Source: Pseudomonadota bacterium (GTDB lineage: Bacteria > Pseudomonadota > Alphaproteobacteria > Rhizobiales > Xanthobacteraceae). From it: a stretch of 64,000 nucleotides of DNA. The position numbers and the translations under genes were made by a program. How positions within the stretch are numbered: position 1 is the stretch's first letter; each line of letters begins with the position of its first letter. The notes under the pieces are model-generated. The model saw nothing but the letters and a program-made list of their open reading frames with translations. It searched no databases and was not told where the DNA came from. The DNA lies in NCBI GenBank assembly GCA_023435725.1, contig JAEYRD010000044.1:37485-101484 (forward strand), in the 5' to 3' direction. Below, piece by piece: positions 39,544-53,209 of the stretch.

Positions 39544-40038
39544 TTAGGCGAATTTTGCCTTGAGCTGCACCGCAACCTGCGGCGGGACGAAGGCCGACAC
39601 GTCGCCGCCCATGGCAGCGATCTGGCGCACCAAAGTGGCGGTGATCGGGCGGACCGCCGGAGAGGCCGGCAGGAAGACGGTTTGCACCTCTGGCGCCATG
39701 GTCCCGTTCATGCCGGCGAGCTGCATCTCGTAGTCGAGATCGGTACCGTCGCGCAGGCCACGAACCATGATGGTGGCGCCGTGCTTGCGCGCCGCGGTCA
39801 CCGCGAGATCGTCGTAGGTCACAGCTTCGAGGACGCAGCCGGCCTCGGCCGCCACTGGTCCGCAGACGTCGTGGAGCATCTTGAGGCGCTCCTCGGTCGA
39901 GAACAGCGGCTTCTTGCCGGGATGGACCCCGATCGCAACCACCAGGCGGTCGCACAGGGAGACGCTGTTCCGGACCACGTCCAGATGGCCGTTGGTGATG
40001 GGGTCGAAGGAACCGGGGTAGAAGGCAATGCGGGGCAT
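39544..40038 (-). CDS. coaD: Pantetheine-phosphate adenylyltransferase
   Basis: [20 protein letters not shown]. Confidence 0.96.
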   Translation of the reverse strand: MPRIAFYPGSFDPITNGHLDVVRNSVSLCDRLVVAIGVHPGKKPLFSTEERLKMLHDVCGPVAAEAGCVLEAVTYDDLAVTAARKHGATIMVRGLRDGTDLDYEMQLAGMNGTMAPEVQTVFLPASPAVRPITATLVRQIAAMGGDVSAFVPPQVAVQLKAKFA

Positions 40039-40286
40039 GGCCCCGTCCTACCGCGCCCGGCCCGGCCCGGCAAGCCGGGCGGGTTCCCTGCCCGGCTTTC
40101 TGCAGAGCCGTGCCGGAATCCCGGGGATTGTTTCGCGCCTGGGGCGGCGACGAAACAAAACGGAGAGTGAACGAAACCATTTCCCGCATCTGCGAAGACG
40201 TCCGGAAACTGGCCATGGTTACTGATCCACCCAACGAATGACGGGCCGCACACTGGGCGTAGCGGCCGCATGACAAGGGACCGTCA

Positions 40287-40544
40287 ATGATCAAGACCAT
40301 CTCCGCGATTGCCATCGCCGCGTTTGTTGCTGCTGCCCTCACCGTCCTTCCCGGCTTCGCGCCGACCGTCGAAGCGAGCGTCCCGCAGCCGCTGGCGAAG
40401 AGCGACCGCCTCGATATCCGCACCATCGGCAAGGACTGCTCGCAACAGGCCTGGCCGAACTTCGAGGCCTCGTGCCTGCGCCGCGCCGGCACCAAGGCCA
40501 ACGTTCGCGAAGTGCGCCTGGTCACTGCCGACCGGACCCCATAG
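40287..40544 (+). CDS. Small secreted hypothetical protein
   Basis: Signal peptide, KSDRLD, CSQQAWP..C. Confidence 0.75.
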   Translation: MIKTISAIAIAAFVAAALTVLPGFAPTVEASVPQPLAKSDRLDIRTIGKDCSQQAWPNFEASCLRRAGTKANVREVRLVTADRTP

Positions 40545-40656
40545 GCAGGTCATTTTCCCGTCGTGCAAACCCCATAGCAATTTGCGACGTCTCGTCGCAG
40601 ACTGCTGATGTGCCCCAGGGATCATCCGGTGGGCGCGGAGCAATTTGGGGGTTGCC

Positions 40657-42567
40657 ATGTCCAGTACGCCCGCCATCGCCTCCGGCCATCCTCCGAGCCC
40701 GCTCCCATTCGCGATGACCCTCGGCGCCCTGGGCGTCGTCTACGGCGATATCGGCACCAGTCCCCTCTACGCCCTGAAGGAAGCTGCCAGAGCCGCCGCC
40801 CATGACGGCATGGTCGCTCCAGAGGCCGTTCTGGGTGTCGTGTCGCTGATCCTGTGGGCGCTGATCCTGATCATTTCGATCAAATATGCGGCGCTTATCA
40901 TGCGCGCGGACAACCGCGGTGAAGGCGGGATCGTTGCGATCCTGGCGCTGCTTCATGCGCGCCATGCCGCACCGGGCACGTGGCGAGTTCATCTGCTTGT
41001 CGTCGGCCTTGTTGGCGCCGCCCTGCTCTATGGTGATGGCGCGATCACGCCGGCGATCTCGGTCTTAAGCGCGATCGAAGGCCTCAAGGTGGATGCGCCT
41101 TCGCTCGAGCCGGCCGTGGTCCCGATCACCATCGCGATTCTGGTCGGCCTGTTTGCGATGCAGAAGCAAGGCACGAGCTTCATCGGCGGGATTTTTGGCC
41201 CGGTCATGCTGTCCTGGTTCATTGTCCTGGCCGCGCTCGGCATCCACGGCATCGTCCAGGCTCCGATGGTACTGGCCGCGCTGAGCCCGCTTTACGCCGT
41301 GGACTTCCTGCTTCACCAGGATTTCCATATCAGCTTCGCAATCATGGGCGCCGCCTTTCTCGCGGTGACCGGCGGCGAAGCGATGTACGCGGACATGGGG
41401 CATTTCGGCCGCTTCCCCATCCGTCTTGCATGGTTCACCATCTGCCTGCCGGCGCTGATGCTCAACTATTTCGGGCAGGGCGGGCTTCTGATCACTGATC
41501 CCGGCGCACTCGACCATCCATTCTTCCAGCTCGCTCCGGGCTGGGCACAACTTCCGCTCGTTGCATTCTCCGCGATCGCGACCGTGATCGCCTCGCAGGC
41601 CATCATTTCGGGGGTGTACTCGCTGACGCAGCAGTCGATCCAACTCGGCTTTTTGCCCCGGATGCAGATCCGCCACACCACGAGCCATGCGATTGGCCAG
41701 ATCTATGTGCCGCTGGTCAACTGGCTGCTCGCCGCGGCCACGCTCGGCGCCGTGTTCGCCTTCCGCAGTTCGGACGCGCTCGCCGGCGCCTACGGCATCG
41801 CGGTGTCGCTGCTGATGGCCATCACCACGCTTCTCGCCGCTCTGGTCGCGGTGCAGTGGGGCTATTCGTTGTGGCTGGTGATCGCAGTCAACGGCTTCTT
41901 CTTTGTGATCGACGCGACCTTCGTTGCCGCCAATTCGATCAAGTTGTTCGAAGGCGGCTGGTTTCCGCTTGTGCTTGCGGGCCTTGTCGCCTTCCTGATG
42001 CTGACCTGGCGCAGCGGCGTGAAACTTGTCGAGAGTGCCCGTGCCCGAGTACGCCAACCTGAGGAAGACCTGATCGAGACCGCAGTCAACCAATGCCGTG
42101 CGCGGCTGCCCGGAACGTCCGTCTTCCTGGCATCGACGTCGAAAGGCGTCCCGCTCGCACTGACGCAGTTCGTCAAGCACAATCGGGTGCTGCATGAACG
42201 CGTGGTGATCGTGACCGTGCAGATCGAGGAAGTGCCGCATGTCCCGGATCAGAATATCACCGAGGTGACGGAAATCACGACGGGGATAACCCGCGTGATA
42301 CTGCATTACGGTTTCATGCAAAATCCGACCATCTACGAAGGGCTGAAACTCGCCTGTCGACAGGGCAAGCTGCCCGGCATCGATCTCTCCGACCTGACCT
42401 ACTATGTCGGCCGCGAGACCATCATCCCAAGCGAGGACGTTCCGGGCATGTGGGTCTGGCGCGAAAGCCTGTTCGCTTTCCTGCAGCACAACGCCCAACA
42501 CTCCGCCGCATTCTTCGGCGTGCCGGCGGGACAGGTGGTCGAATTCGGGACCGAGCTAGAGATTTAG
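40657..42567 (+). CDS. kup: KUP/HAK/KT potassium transporter
   Basis: GVVYGDIGTSPLY, GDGAITPAISVLSA, EAMYADMGHF, GQIYVP. Confidence 0.95.
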   Translation: MSSTPAIASGHPPSPLPFAMTLGALGVVYGDIGTSPLYALKEAARAAAHDGMVAPEAVLGVVSLILWALILIISIKYAALIMRADNRGEGGIVAILALLHARHAAPGTWRVHLLVVGLVGAALLYGDGAITPAISVLSAIEGLKVDAPSLEPAVVPITIAILVGLFAMQKQGTSFIGGIFGPVMLSWFIVLAALGIHGIVQAPMVLAALSPLYAVDFLLHQDFHISFAIMGAAFLAVTGGEAMYADMGHFGRFPIRLAWFTICLPALMLNYFGQGGLLITDPGALDHPFFQLAPGWAQLPLVAFSAIATVIASQAIISGVYSLTQQSIQLGFLPRMQIRHTTSHAIGQIYVPLVNWLLAAATLGAVFAFRSSDALAGAYGIAVSLLMAITTLLAALVAVQWGYSLWLVIAVNGFFFVIDATFVAANSIKLFEGGWFPLVLAGLVAFLMLTWRSGVKLVESARARVRQPEEDLIETAVNQCRARLPGTSVFLASTSKGVPLALTQFVKHNRVLHERVVIVTVQIEEVPHVPDQNITEVTEITTGITRVILHYGFMQNPTIYEGLKLACRQGKLPGIDLSDLTYYVGRETIIPSEDVPGMWVWRESLFAFLQHNAQHSAAFFGVPAGQVVEFGTELEI

Positions 42568-42583
42568 CGCAAGACTCCAGTGC

Positions 42584-42667
42584 GTAACCCGGCTTGAGCG
42601 AAGCGCAATCCGGGTTTCTTGCCGAGCACCCAGAGCCCCGGATCTCGCTTCGCTCCATCCGGGCTAC
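42584..42667. repeat. GTAG-type REP doublet
   Basis: GTAACCCGGCTTGAGCGAAGCGCAATCCGGG ... CCCGGATCTCGCTTCGCTCCATCCGGGCTAC. Confidence 0.75.
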
Positions 42668-42675
42668 GGGTGCCA

Positions 42676-42740
42676 GCGAATGGCGAGTAGCCAATGGCGA
42701 ATGGAGCTTGTCCATTCGCCATCCACCATTCACTACTCGC
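42676..42740. repeat. Inverted array of degenerate heptamers (GCGAATG x4 / CATTCGC x4)
   Basis: gcgaatg gcgagta gccaatg gcgaatg ... cattcgc catccac cattcac tactcgc. Overlaps the gyrA stop codon. Confidence 0.7.
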
Positions 42741-45468
42741 CGTTCCCATTACCGTTGCCGCTCTCGGCCTCTTCGGTGATGTGCTCGACCGAGACGACGT
42801 GCTCGTCCTCGGCGGTGTCGAACACGATCACGCCCTGGGTCGAGCGGCCGGCGACGCGGATGCCCTCGACCGGGCAGCGGATCAGCTGGCCCTTGTCGGT
42901 GACCAGCATGATCTGGTCGGCGTCTTCCACCGGGAATGAGGCCACCAGATTGCCGTTGCGGTTGTTGACGCTCATGGCGACGATGCCTTTGCCGCCACGG
43001 CCCGTGGTGCGGTACTCGTAGGAGGAGGTGCGCTTGCCGTAGCCGTTGACGGAGACGGTGAGCACGACCTGCTCGGCCGCCGACATCTCGACATAGCGCT
43101 CCTGGGCGAGCTGGAAGCTGCCGGAGGCCTCCTCGGCCTCGGCATCCACTGCGGCCTCTTCGGCCGCGGCTTCGCCGGCCACCGCGCGGCGCATCTTAAG
43201 ATACGCCGAGCGTTCGTCCGAGGTGGTCTCGACGTGGCGCAGGATCGCCAGCGAAATCACCTTGTCGCCCTCGCCAAGCGCAATGCCGCGCACACCCATC
43301 GAGGTACGCCCGGTGAACACGCGCACGTCGGTGACGGGGAAGCGGATGCACTGGCCGCCGGCGCCGGTCAGCAGCACGTCGTCGCGCTCGGTGCAGATCT
43401 GCACGTCGACGATCGCTTCATTGTCGTCGAGCTTCATCGCGATGATGCCGGAGCGGCGGACGTCGACGAAGTCGGACAGCTTGTTGCGCCGGACGTTGCC
43501 GCCCGTGGTCGCGAACATCACATCGAGCTGGCCCCAGGTCGATTCGTCCTCGGGCAGCGGCATGATGGTGGTGATGCGCTCGCCCTGCTCCAGCGGCAGG
43601 ATGTTGATCAGCGCCTTGCCGCGCGCGTTCGGCGCGGCCATCGGCAGCCGCCAGACCTTTTCCTTGTAGACCTGGCCGCGGGACGAGAAGAACAGCACCG
43701 GTGTATGCGTGGAAGCGACGAACAGCCGGCTGACGAAATCCTCGTCGCGCGTCTGCATGCCGGCACGGCCCTTGCCGCCGCGGCGCTGCGCCCGGTAGGC
43801 CGACAGCGGCACCCGCTTGACATAGCCGGCGTGGGAGACGGTGACGACCATATCCTCGCGCTGGATCAGGTCTTCGTCCTCGACCTCGCCTTCCTGCTCG
43901 ACGATCAGTGTCTTGCGCGGCGTAGCGAATTCCGCCTTCACCTCGGCAAGCTCGGTCTTGATGATGTCGAGGACACGAGCGCGGGACCGCAGGATGTCGA
44001 GATAATCGGCGATCTCGCCGGCGAGCGTGTCGAGCTCGTCGCGGATCTCGTCACGGCCGAGTGCGGTGAGACGCTGCAGACGCAGGTCGAGAATGGCCCT
44101 CGCCTGTTCCAGTGACAGTCGGATCGTGCCGTCCTCGCTGATGCGATGGCGCGGATCGTCGATCAACGTGAGCATGTCCTCGACATCCCGGGCCGGCCAG
44201 TCGCGCGCCATCAGGGTGTCGCGGGCAGTGGCCGGGTCGGGCGAGGTCCGGATCACGCGGATCATCTCGTCGATATTGGCGACCGCGATCGCCAGGCCGA
44301 CCAGGATATGGGCGCGATCACGCGCCTTGGCGAGCAGGAACTTGGTGCGCCGCGTGACGACCCGCTCACGGAAGTCGACGAAGATGGCCAGCAGGTCCTT
44401 CAGATGCATGATCCGCGGACGGCCGCTGTCGAGCGCCACCATGTTGACGCCGAAGCTCGTCTGCAGCGGCGTGAATCTGTACAGCTGATTCAGCACCACA
44501 TCCGGCACGGCATCGCGCTTCAATTCGATAACGACGCGGTAGCCTTCGCGGTCCGATTCATCGCGCAGGTCACCGATGCCTTCGATCTTCTTTTCCTTGA
44601 CCAGCTCGGCGATGCGCTCGACCATCGTCGCCTTGTTCACCTGATACGGAATCTCGGTGATGACGATCGCCTCACGCTCCTTGCGGATGGTCTCGATCGT
44701 GACCTTGCCGCGCATGACGATCGAGCCACGGCCGAGGTGATAGGCGGCGCGGATGCCCTGCCGTCCGAGAATGACGCCGCCGGTCGGAAAATCCGGTCCC
44801 GGCACGATGTTGATGAGTTCGTCGATGGTGAGCGCAGGGTTGTCGATCAACGCGGCGCAGGCATCGATGACCTCGCCGAGATTGTGCGGCGGGATGTTGG
44901 TCGCCATACCGACCGCGATGCCGCCCGCACCATTGACGAGAAGGTTCGGGAACTTGGCCGGCAAGACCGAGGGCTCGGTCTCGTTGTTGTCGTAGTTCGG
45001 CTGGAAGTCGACGGTGTCCTTGTCGATGTCGGCCAGCAGAGCCAGCGCCGCCTTCGTCAGTCGCGCTTCGGTGTATCGATAGGCGGCCGGGGGATCGCCG
45101 TCGACCGAGCCGAAATTGCCCTGGCCGTCGATGAGCGGCACGCGCATGGAGAAGTCCTGCGCCATCCGGACCATGGCGTCGTAGATCGACTGGTCGCCAT
45201 GGGGGTGGTACTTACCGATCACGTCACCGACCACGCGCGCCGACTTGACGTATTTCTTGTCAGGCGTGTGCCCCTGCTCGTTCATCGAGTACAGGATGCG
45301 GCGGTGCACCGGCTTCAACCCGTCGCGCGCATCAGGCAGCGCACGCGCCACGATCACGCTCATGGCGTAATCGAGGTAAGACTTCTTCATCTCCTCGTAG
45401 ATGGAAACGGGACGAATGTCCGAGGGTTGCGCCGGCTGGTCGCCGGGCTTGTTGTCGTCGTCAGCCAA
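42733..45468 (-). CDS. gyrA: DNA gyrase subunit A
   Basis: [15 protein letters not shown], GyrA box QRRGGKG. TTG start. Confidence 0.97.
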   Translation of the reverse strand: MADDDNKPGDQPAQPSDIRPVSIYEEMKKSYLDYAMSVIVARALPDARDGLKPVHRRILYSMNEQGHTPDKKYVKSARVVGDVIGKYHPHGDQSIYDAMVRMAQDFSMRVPLIDGQGNFGSVDGDPPAAYRYTEARLTKAALALLADIDKDTVDFQPNYDNNETEPSVLPAKFPNLLVNGAGGIAVGMATNIPPHNLGEVIDACAALIDNPALTIDELINIVPGPDFPTGGVILGRQGIRAAYHLGRGSIVMRGKVTIETIRKEREAIVITEIPYQVNKATMVERIAELVKEKKIEGIGDLRDESDREGYRVVIELKRDAVPDVVLNQLYRFTPLQTSFGVNMVALDSGRPRIMHLKDLLAIFVDFRERVVTRRTKFLLAKARDRAHILVGLAIAVANIDEMIRVIRTSPDPATARDTLMARDWPARDVEDMLTLIDDPRHRISEDGTIRLSLEQARAILDLRLQRLTALGRDEIRDELDTLAGEIADYLDILRSRARVLDIIKTELAEVKAEFATPRKTLIVEQEGEVEDEDLIQREDMVVTVSHAGYVKRVPLSAYRAQRRGGKGRAGMQTRDEDFVSRLFVASTHTPVLFFSSRGQVYKEKVWRLPMAAPNARGKALINILPLEQGERITTIMPLPEDESTWGQLDVMFATTGGNVRRNKLSDFVDVRRSGIIAMKLDDNEAIVDVQICTERDDVLLTGAGGQCIRFPVTDVRVFTGRTSMGVRGIALGEGDKVISLAILRHVETTSDERSAYLKMRRAVAGEAAAEEAAVDAEAEEASGSFQLAQERYVEMSAAEQVVLTVSVNGYGKRTSSYEYRTTGRGGKGIVAMSVNNRNGNLVASFPVEDADQIMLVTDKGQLIRCPVEGIRVAGRSTQGVIVFDTAEDEHVVSVEHITEEAESGNGNGNGE

Positions 45469-45637
45469 GGGGAAATCCGGTGAGGTTTTATCTGGGAATC
45501 ATATAGCGCATCGGGGCCCTGATAACCACCCTCGCAAGGGTCCCCTGAGGCGCTTTTTCCGACTGTTTTTCCAGAGACTTACGCACTCCGCGCCGCCATC
45601 GGAAGCAGGCTTGAAATCGACCGCCGCAAACCGCCGG

Positions 45638-46036
45638 TCAGGCCCCGAAAATGGCCCGATGCATGATCCGCCCGGGAACCAGCGTGAACAGCCCAGCCAC
45701 CACCAGCGCGCCGGCGAACAGCAGGATCATCATGCGCCGGTGACCGGCCACGCGATGGGTGTGCGCCCGCCACACCGCAAGCGGCAGCGCCATCAGCGTG
45801 AAGATCGACAACAGATGGATCGGACTGAACGGCCCAACCAGCCGGATGGTGTGGATCCAGAACGAGGATGCAGCCACCACGGTCATCAGCGCCACCCAGA
45901 TCCACCCGATCGTCCGATGCGGCAGCGTGCCCTTGGGCGCCGCGAACTGCACCAGGCCAAGCGCGAAGGCGGCCATCGCTGCGAAGGCGTGCAGCGGAAT
46001 GGCCGGAGCGGCCTCGAGCAACGGCGAGAGGCTCAT
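45638..46036 (-). CDS. DUF2306-like membrane protein
   Basis: KGTLPHRTIGWIW, FSPIHLLS, HRRMM, FTLVPGRIMH. Confidence 0.8.
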   Translation of the reverse strand: MSLSPLLEAAPAIPLHAFAAMAAFALGLVQFAAPKGTLPHRTIGWIWVALMTVVAASSFWIHTIRLVGPFSPIHLLSIFTLMALPLAVWRAHTHRVAGHRRMMILLFAGALVVAGLFTLVPGRIMHRAIFGA

Positions 46037-46241
46037 GAGGAGCGTCCTTCCGGATCGGCCGGAGCCGACCATGTAAACAGAATTAACATAAAGTTAATAC
46101 CATTTACAAATAGGCCGTCAAAGGTTCATGCGACCCACGAGGCAAGCCCGGGAAGGCCGAGCTTTACCCGTCGATTGGTAGGAAACTCTCTCGTTCTACG
46201 CGAGCAGCCCGATCCGATCGATGAGCGCCCGCGAGCCGGTT

Positions 46242-46739
46242 TCAGAACGGGATATCGTCGTCCATGTCGCTGTTGCGACCACCGCCGCCGGCGGCAATGG
46301 GACGGCGCGGCGCGCTGCTGACGGGTCCTGAGGAGCCGAAATCGCCGCCCGACTCGTCGCCGAAGCTGCCACCTCCCCCGCCACCGCCGCGGCCGTCGAG
46401 CATCGTCAGCGTGGAGTTGAAGCCCTGCAGCACGACCTCGGTGGAGTACTTCTCCGCGCCGCTCTGGTCGGTCCATTTGCGGGTCTGCAGCGCCCCCTCG
46501 ATGTAAACCTTGGCGCCCTTCTTCAAGTACTGCTCGGCGACCTTGCAGAGACCTTCATTGAAGATCACGACGCGGTGCCACTCGGTCTTTTCCTTGCGCT
46601 CGCCGGTCGCCTTGTCGCGCCACGTTTCCGAGGTGGCGATGCTCAGATTGGCGATCGGCCGCCCGTCCTGGGTGCGGCGGATTTCGGGATCCTTGCCGAG
46701 GTTTCCAACCAGAATGACCTTGTTGACGCTTCCCGCCAT
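46242..46739 (-). CDS. ssb: Single-stranded DNA-binding protein
   Basis: [19 protein letters not shown]-terminal DDDIPF. Confidence 0.97.
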   Translation of the reverse strand: MAGSVNKVILVGNLGKDPEIRRTQDGRPIANLSIATSETWRDKATGERKEKTEWHRVVIFNEGLCKVAEQYLKKGAKVYIEGALQTRKWTDQSGAEKYSTEVVLQGFNSTLTMLDGRGGGGGGGSFGDESGGDFGSSGPVSSAPRRPIAAGGGGRNSDMDDDIPF

Positions 46740-46897
46740 CGCCGCTCTCCACTCCAAATGCCACTGAATTTCTAAAGGCCGAGCCCGCTCCCCGCGTTGC
46801 CCTGCGACCTGTGTTGGGGCGACCCTATACGCTTGCGCGCGCCGATCAGCCCGTTGCCCCGCAGGTTATCCCCACATATAGCACCGCCCTGCGGCTT

Positions 46898-46912
46898 GTT
46901 CCAGATTTGTTC
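46898..46912. promoter_or_regulatory. Alphaproteobacterial LexA (SOS) box upstream of ssb
   Basis: GTTC-CAGATTT-GTTC. A second GAAC-N7-GAAC lies at 46971-46985. Confidence 0.85.
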
Positions 46913-47186
46913 TCATCAGAAAATCCCCGAAATTGGGAACCCGGAATCGTCCGATCTGGAACCAAGCGCGGAACCCGAATGGAACCTTTCCGGGTTCCCC
47001 AAAATGAGGAAAACCGCTTAACATTCATCACGTTGCGGGCACTTCAATCGGCTCGCGACTGTTGCATTTGGGCGACGGACTCTACCTCCGGCTTAGGCTA
47101 GAATTGTCTCGTAAATTCATATGGGCGTCGCGCCTGATCAGCCGCTTCGGGGACCTCAAGAAGCGGAAGAAACTGGGGAGACTGCA

Positions 47187-47987
47187 ATGAATAAGATTAT
47201 GTTTGGTGCAATCGGGGCCGCGGCGTTGAGCCTGTCGGTGCCCGCAAGCGCTGCGGATCTCGCTGCGCGTCCCTATACCAAGGCTCCGCCACCGGTGGTC
47301 GCCACCGTCTACGACTGGAGCGGCTTCTACATCGGCATCAACGGCGGCGGCGGTAGCAGCCACAGCTGCTGGGACTTCCTTGACACGACTGGCGTCGTGA
47401 CCGGCGTTGCCGGCAGCCTCGTCGGAGAAGGCTGCCACAACGCGACCGGGGGCACGGTCGGTGGCCAGATCGGCTATCGCTGGCAGTCGGCAAATTGGGT
47501 GTTCGGCGTCGAGGGCCAGGGCAACTGGGCCGACTTCTCCGGCGACAACATCAGCCTCGTCTTCCCGGGCACAGCGCTCGTCCCGGGCGACCGCAACCGA
47601 ACGCGGATCGATTCCTTCGGCCTGATCACCGGTCAGGTTGGTTACGCCTGGAACAACGTGCTGTTCTACGTGAAGGGCGGCGCTGCCGTGGTCGGCAACA
47701 AGTTCGACATCTACGCTGCGCCCGGCACGCTTGGCGACGGCACCCTGCTTGCCTCGGCCAGCGGGACGCGTTGGGGCGGCACTGTTGGCGCTGGTCTTGA
47801 ATTCGGCTTCGCGCCGAACTGGTCGGTCGGCGTCGAGTACGACCACATCTTCCTTGGCCATCAGACCAGAGATTTCGCCACCCCCGGCGGTGTGTTCTTC
47901 GGGTCCGATCGCATCAGCCAGGACGTCGACATGGGGCTTGTCCGCGTGAACTATCGCTGGGGCGGCCCGGTGATCGCGAAGTACTGA
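47187..47987 (+). CDS. Omp25/RopB-family outer-membrane beta-barrel protein 1
   Basis: AADLAARPYTKAP, YDWSGFYIG, GGQIGYRWQ, C-terminal GGPVIAKY. Confidence 0.9.
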   Translation: MNKIMFGAIGAAALSLSVPASAADLAARPYTKAPPPVVATVYDWSGFYIGINGGGGSSHSCWDFLDTTGVVTGVAGSLVGEGCHNATGGTVGGQIGYRWQSANWVFGVEGQGNWADFSGDNISLVFPGTALVPGDRNRTRIDSFGLITGQVGYAWNNVLFYVKGGAAVVGNKFDIYAAPGTLGDGTLLASASGTRWGGTVGAGLEFGFAPNWSVGVEYDHIFLGHQTRDFATPGGVFFGSDRISQDVDMGLVRVNYRWGGPVIAKY

Positions 47988-48013
47988 TATCTCTCTGATA
48001 TTGCTTGGAGATC

Positions 48014-48040
48014 AAAGGCCGGCCTCGCGCCGGCCTTTTT
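48014..48040 (+). terminator. Rho-independent terminator
   Basis: AAAGGCCGGC-CTCGC-GCCGGCCTTTTT. Confidence 0.85.
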
Positions 48041-48221
48041 GCTGGGCGCGGCACCATGTGGCAGTCCGTCAGCAAGTATTACGTTTTATAACTGTTGTGG
48101 CTTTCGAGAGACACAACTTGCGGCTTCATTGGTGTAAGCACGACATCAGTTGGACCAGAGCGTCCGCTGCCCTTCCAACGCACGGAAGGCAAAAAACAGA
48201 AACCGGGACTGGGATTAAGTT

Positions 48222-48962
48222 ATGAAAAAGGTTTTGTTGGCTTCGGCCTCTTTGTTTGCCCTCACCGGCGCCGCTTCGGCTGCCGATCTCGCGGCTCGCC
48301 CCTACGTCAAGGCCCCCGTTGCTGTGGCCTCGATCTACAACTGGAACGGCTTCTACATCGGCGGCAATGCCGGCGGTGCTTCGAGCCGCAATTGCTGGGA
48401 CGTCAACAACATCTTCGGCGTTGCAGGTCCGGATACGGCTGAAGGTTGCCACAACGCAACCGGCGCCATCGTCGGTGGCCAGATTGGCTATCGCTGGCAG
48501 TCGACCAACTGGGTGTTCGGCCTTGAAGCTCAGGGCGACTGGGCCGATCTGAAGGGCTCGAACACAAGCGTGGTGCTTGCGCCGCTGGTCAACGAGACCA
48601 AGATCGACGCCATCGGCCTCTTCACCGGCCAGGTGGGTTATGCTTGGAACAACGTGCTCTGGTACGTGAAGGGCGGCGCCGCCGTCACGCACGCCAAGTA
48701 CAACGGCACGGTGGCCGGCCTGGTCATCGACAGCGCGAGCGAAACGCGTTGGGGCGGCGCGGTCGGCACCGGCCTCGAATTCGGCTTCGCGCCGAACTGG
48801 TCCGTTGCGATCGAATACGACCATCTGTTCATGGGCAAGCGCAACAACTCGTTCACGGTTCTCGGTGTCAACGACCGCATCGACCGTATCAAGCAGGACG
48901 TCGACATGGGCACTGTCCGCCTCAACTACACGTTCGGTGGCCCGATCGTCGCGAAGTACTGA
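48222..48962 (+). CDS. Omp25/RopB-family outer-membrane protein 2
   Basis: Same motifs as paralog 1. Confidence 0.9.
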   Translation: MKKVLLASASLFALTGAASAADLAARPYVKAPVAVASIYNWNGFYIGGNAGGASSRNCWDVNNIFGVAGPDTAEGCHNATGAIVGGQIGYRWQSTNWVFGLEAQGDWADLKGSNTSVVLAPLVNETKIDAIGLFTGQVGYAWNNVLWYVKGGAAVTHAKYNGTVAGLVIDSASETRWGGAVGTGLEFGFAPNWSVAIEYDHLFMGKRNNSFTVLGVNDRIDRIKQDVDMGTVRLNYTFGGPIVAKY

Positions 48963-48990
48963 GCTTCGCTTCCAACGCCATCGCGTTACG

Positions 48991-49017
48991 AAAGGCCGGC
49001 CTTGCGCCGGCCTTTTT
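48991..49017 (+). terminator. Rho-independent terminator
   Basis: AAAGGCCGGC-CTTGC-GCCGGCCTTTTT. Confidence 0.85.
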
Positions 49018-49105
49018 GTTTTCGCGCGACGGCGCGCCGAACCGTCAAGGAATCGTGGGGCGCAGATGGCGCACGCGAATTGGCTCGGCGAGTTGGGGAC
49101 GTGAA

Positions 49106-49891
49106 ATGAAGACACGGGTGCTGAAGAGCTCGGTGCTGAAGATCTGGGCGCTGGCCGCCGTCAGCGTGTACGCATTCGGCGCAACCGCGCCTGCCGATGC
49201 CGCCGATCTGCCGCTCTACAAGGCGCCGGTGGCGCCCGTCCTCGCCTATGACTGGAGCGGCGTCTATGCCGGCATCAATGGCGGCGGGGGCTGGGCCCAT
49301 GCCTGCTGGAGCGTGACCAACGCGCTGGGAGTCGCGGTCGATCCTGCGGTCGGCGAAGGCTGTCATAATGCGGGCGGCGGCACGATCGGCGGACAGCTCG
49401 GCTATCGCTGGCAGAAGTCGCGCTGGGTCTTCGGCATCGAGGGCCAGGGCAACTGGGCCGACTTCAAGGGCAGCAATGTCAGCGTGGCGCTGGCGCCACT
49501 GACCAACCAGACCAAGATCGACAGCTTCGGCCTCATCACCGGCCAGATGGGCTACGCCGTGAACAGCCTGCTGCTCTACGGCAAGGCCGGCGCGGCCGTG
49601 GCCCACGACAAATACGACACCTTCTTTCCGGGCGTGCCCGCGCTCGCGTTCAACAGCGTCACCCAGACTCGCTGGGGCTACACCATCGGCATCGGCGTGG
49701 AATACGGCTTTGCCGAGAACTGGTCGGTCGGCGGCGAGTACAACCACGTATTCCTGGGCCATCACAGCGCCGACTTCGCCACCCTGAGCGGCGGCTTCCT
49801 CGCGCGGACCGACCGGATCGGCCAGGACATCGATATGGGCCTGATCCGCATCAACTACCGCTGGGGCGGACCGGTCGTCGCGAAATACTAA
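49106..49891 (+). CDS. Omp25/RopB-family outer-membrane protein 3
   Basis: AADLPLYKAP, YDWSGVYAG, GGPVVAKY. ATG 49106. Confidence 0.9.
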   Translation: MKTRVLKSSVLKIWALAAVSVYAFGATAPADAADLPLYKAPVAPVLAYDWSGVYAGINGGGGWAHACWSVTNALGVAVDPAVGEGCHNAGGGTIGGQLGYRWQKSRWVFGIEGQGNWADFKGSNVSVALAPLTNQTKIDSFGLITGQMGYAVNSLLLYGKAGAAVAHDKYDTFFPGVPALAFNSVTQTRWGYTIGIGVEYGFAENWSVGGEYNHVFLGHHSADFATLSGGFLARTDRIGQDIDMGLIRINYRWGGPVVAKY

Positions 49892-49985
49892 ACCCAAATT
49901 CGCCTCCCAAGTATGCCCCCCAAGGGACTCCTCCAAGGTCCTGCCGATGCGCGGATTTCCCCAAGGTCCGCCTTATAAGCGCGAA

Positions 49986-50014
49986 CGAAGGGCCGGCCTC
50001 GCGCCGGCCCTTCG
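49986..50014 (+). terminator. Terminator-like hairpin after omp 3
   Basis: CGAAGGGCCGGC-CTCGC-GCCGGCCCTTCG. Confidence 0.7.
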
Positions 50015-50103
50015 CCTGTTCCGGATGAGCCGCTACTGCCAGATGCCGCCAGCGCGCCAACAATCCGTTGACGATTCGCACGTCGCACTGGAAATCCGTC
50101 CTC

Positions 50104-50118
50104 GTTCTTCCTACGTTC
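50104..50118. promoter_or_regulatory. LexA (SOS) box upstream of uvrA
   Basis: GTTC-TTCCTAC-GTTC. Confidence 0.85.
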
Positions 50119-50216
50119 GCGGGCATACCCATCGGCGCCGATCCCGGTTCCGGGCGAAGCGCGCCCGAACGTTGGCGCGGTAGCTCGCCCATGGGATTTC
50201 CTTGAGGACCACCGGG

Positions 50217-53198
<2,982 letters not shown>

Positions 53199-53209
53199 GA
53201 AGTTAGGGC

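Noticed and set aside
42676..49970. Short periodic repeats as CRISPR arrays
   Set aside because: Units are 7 or 13 nt, degenerate and without unique spacers, and no cas genes are present.
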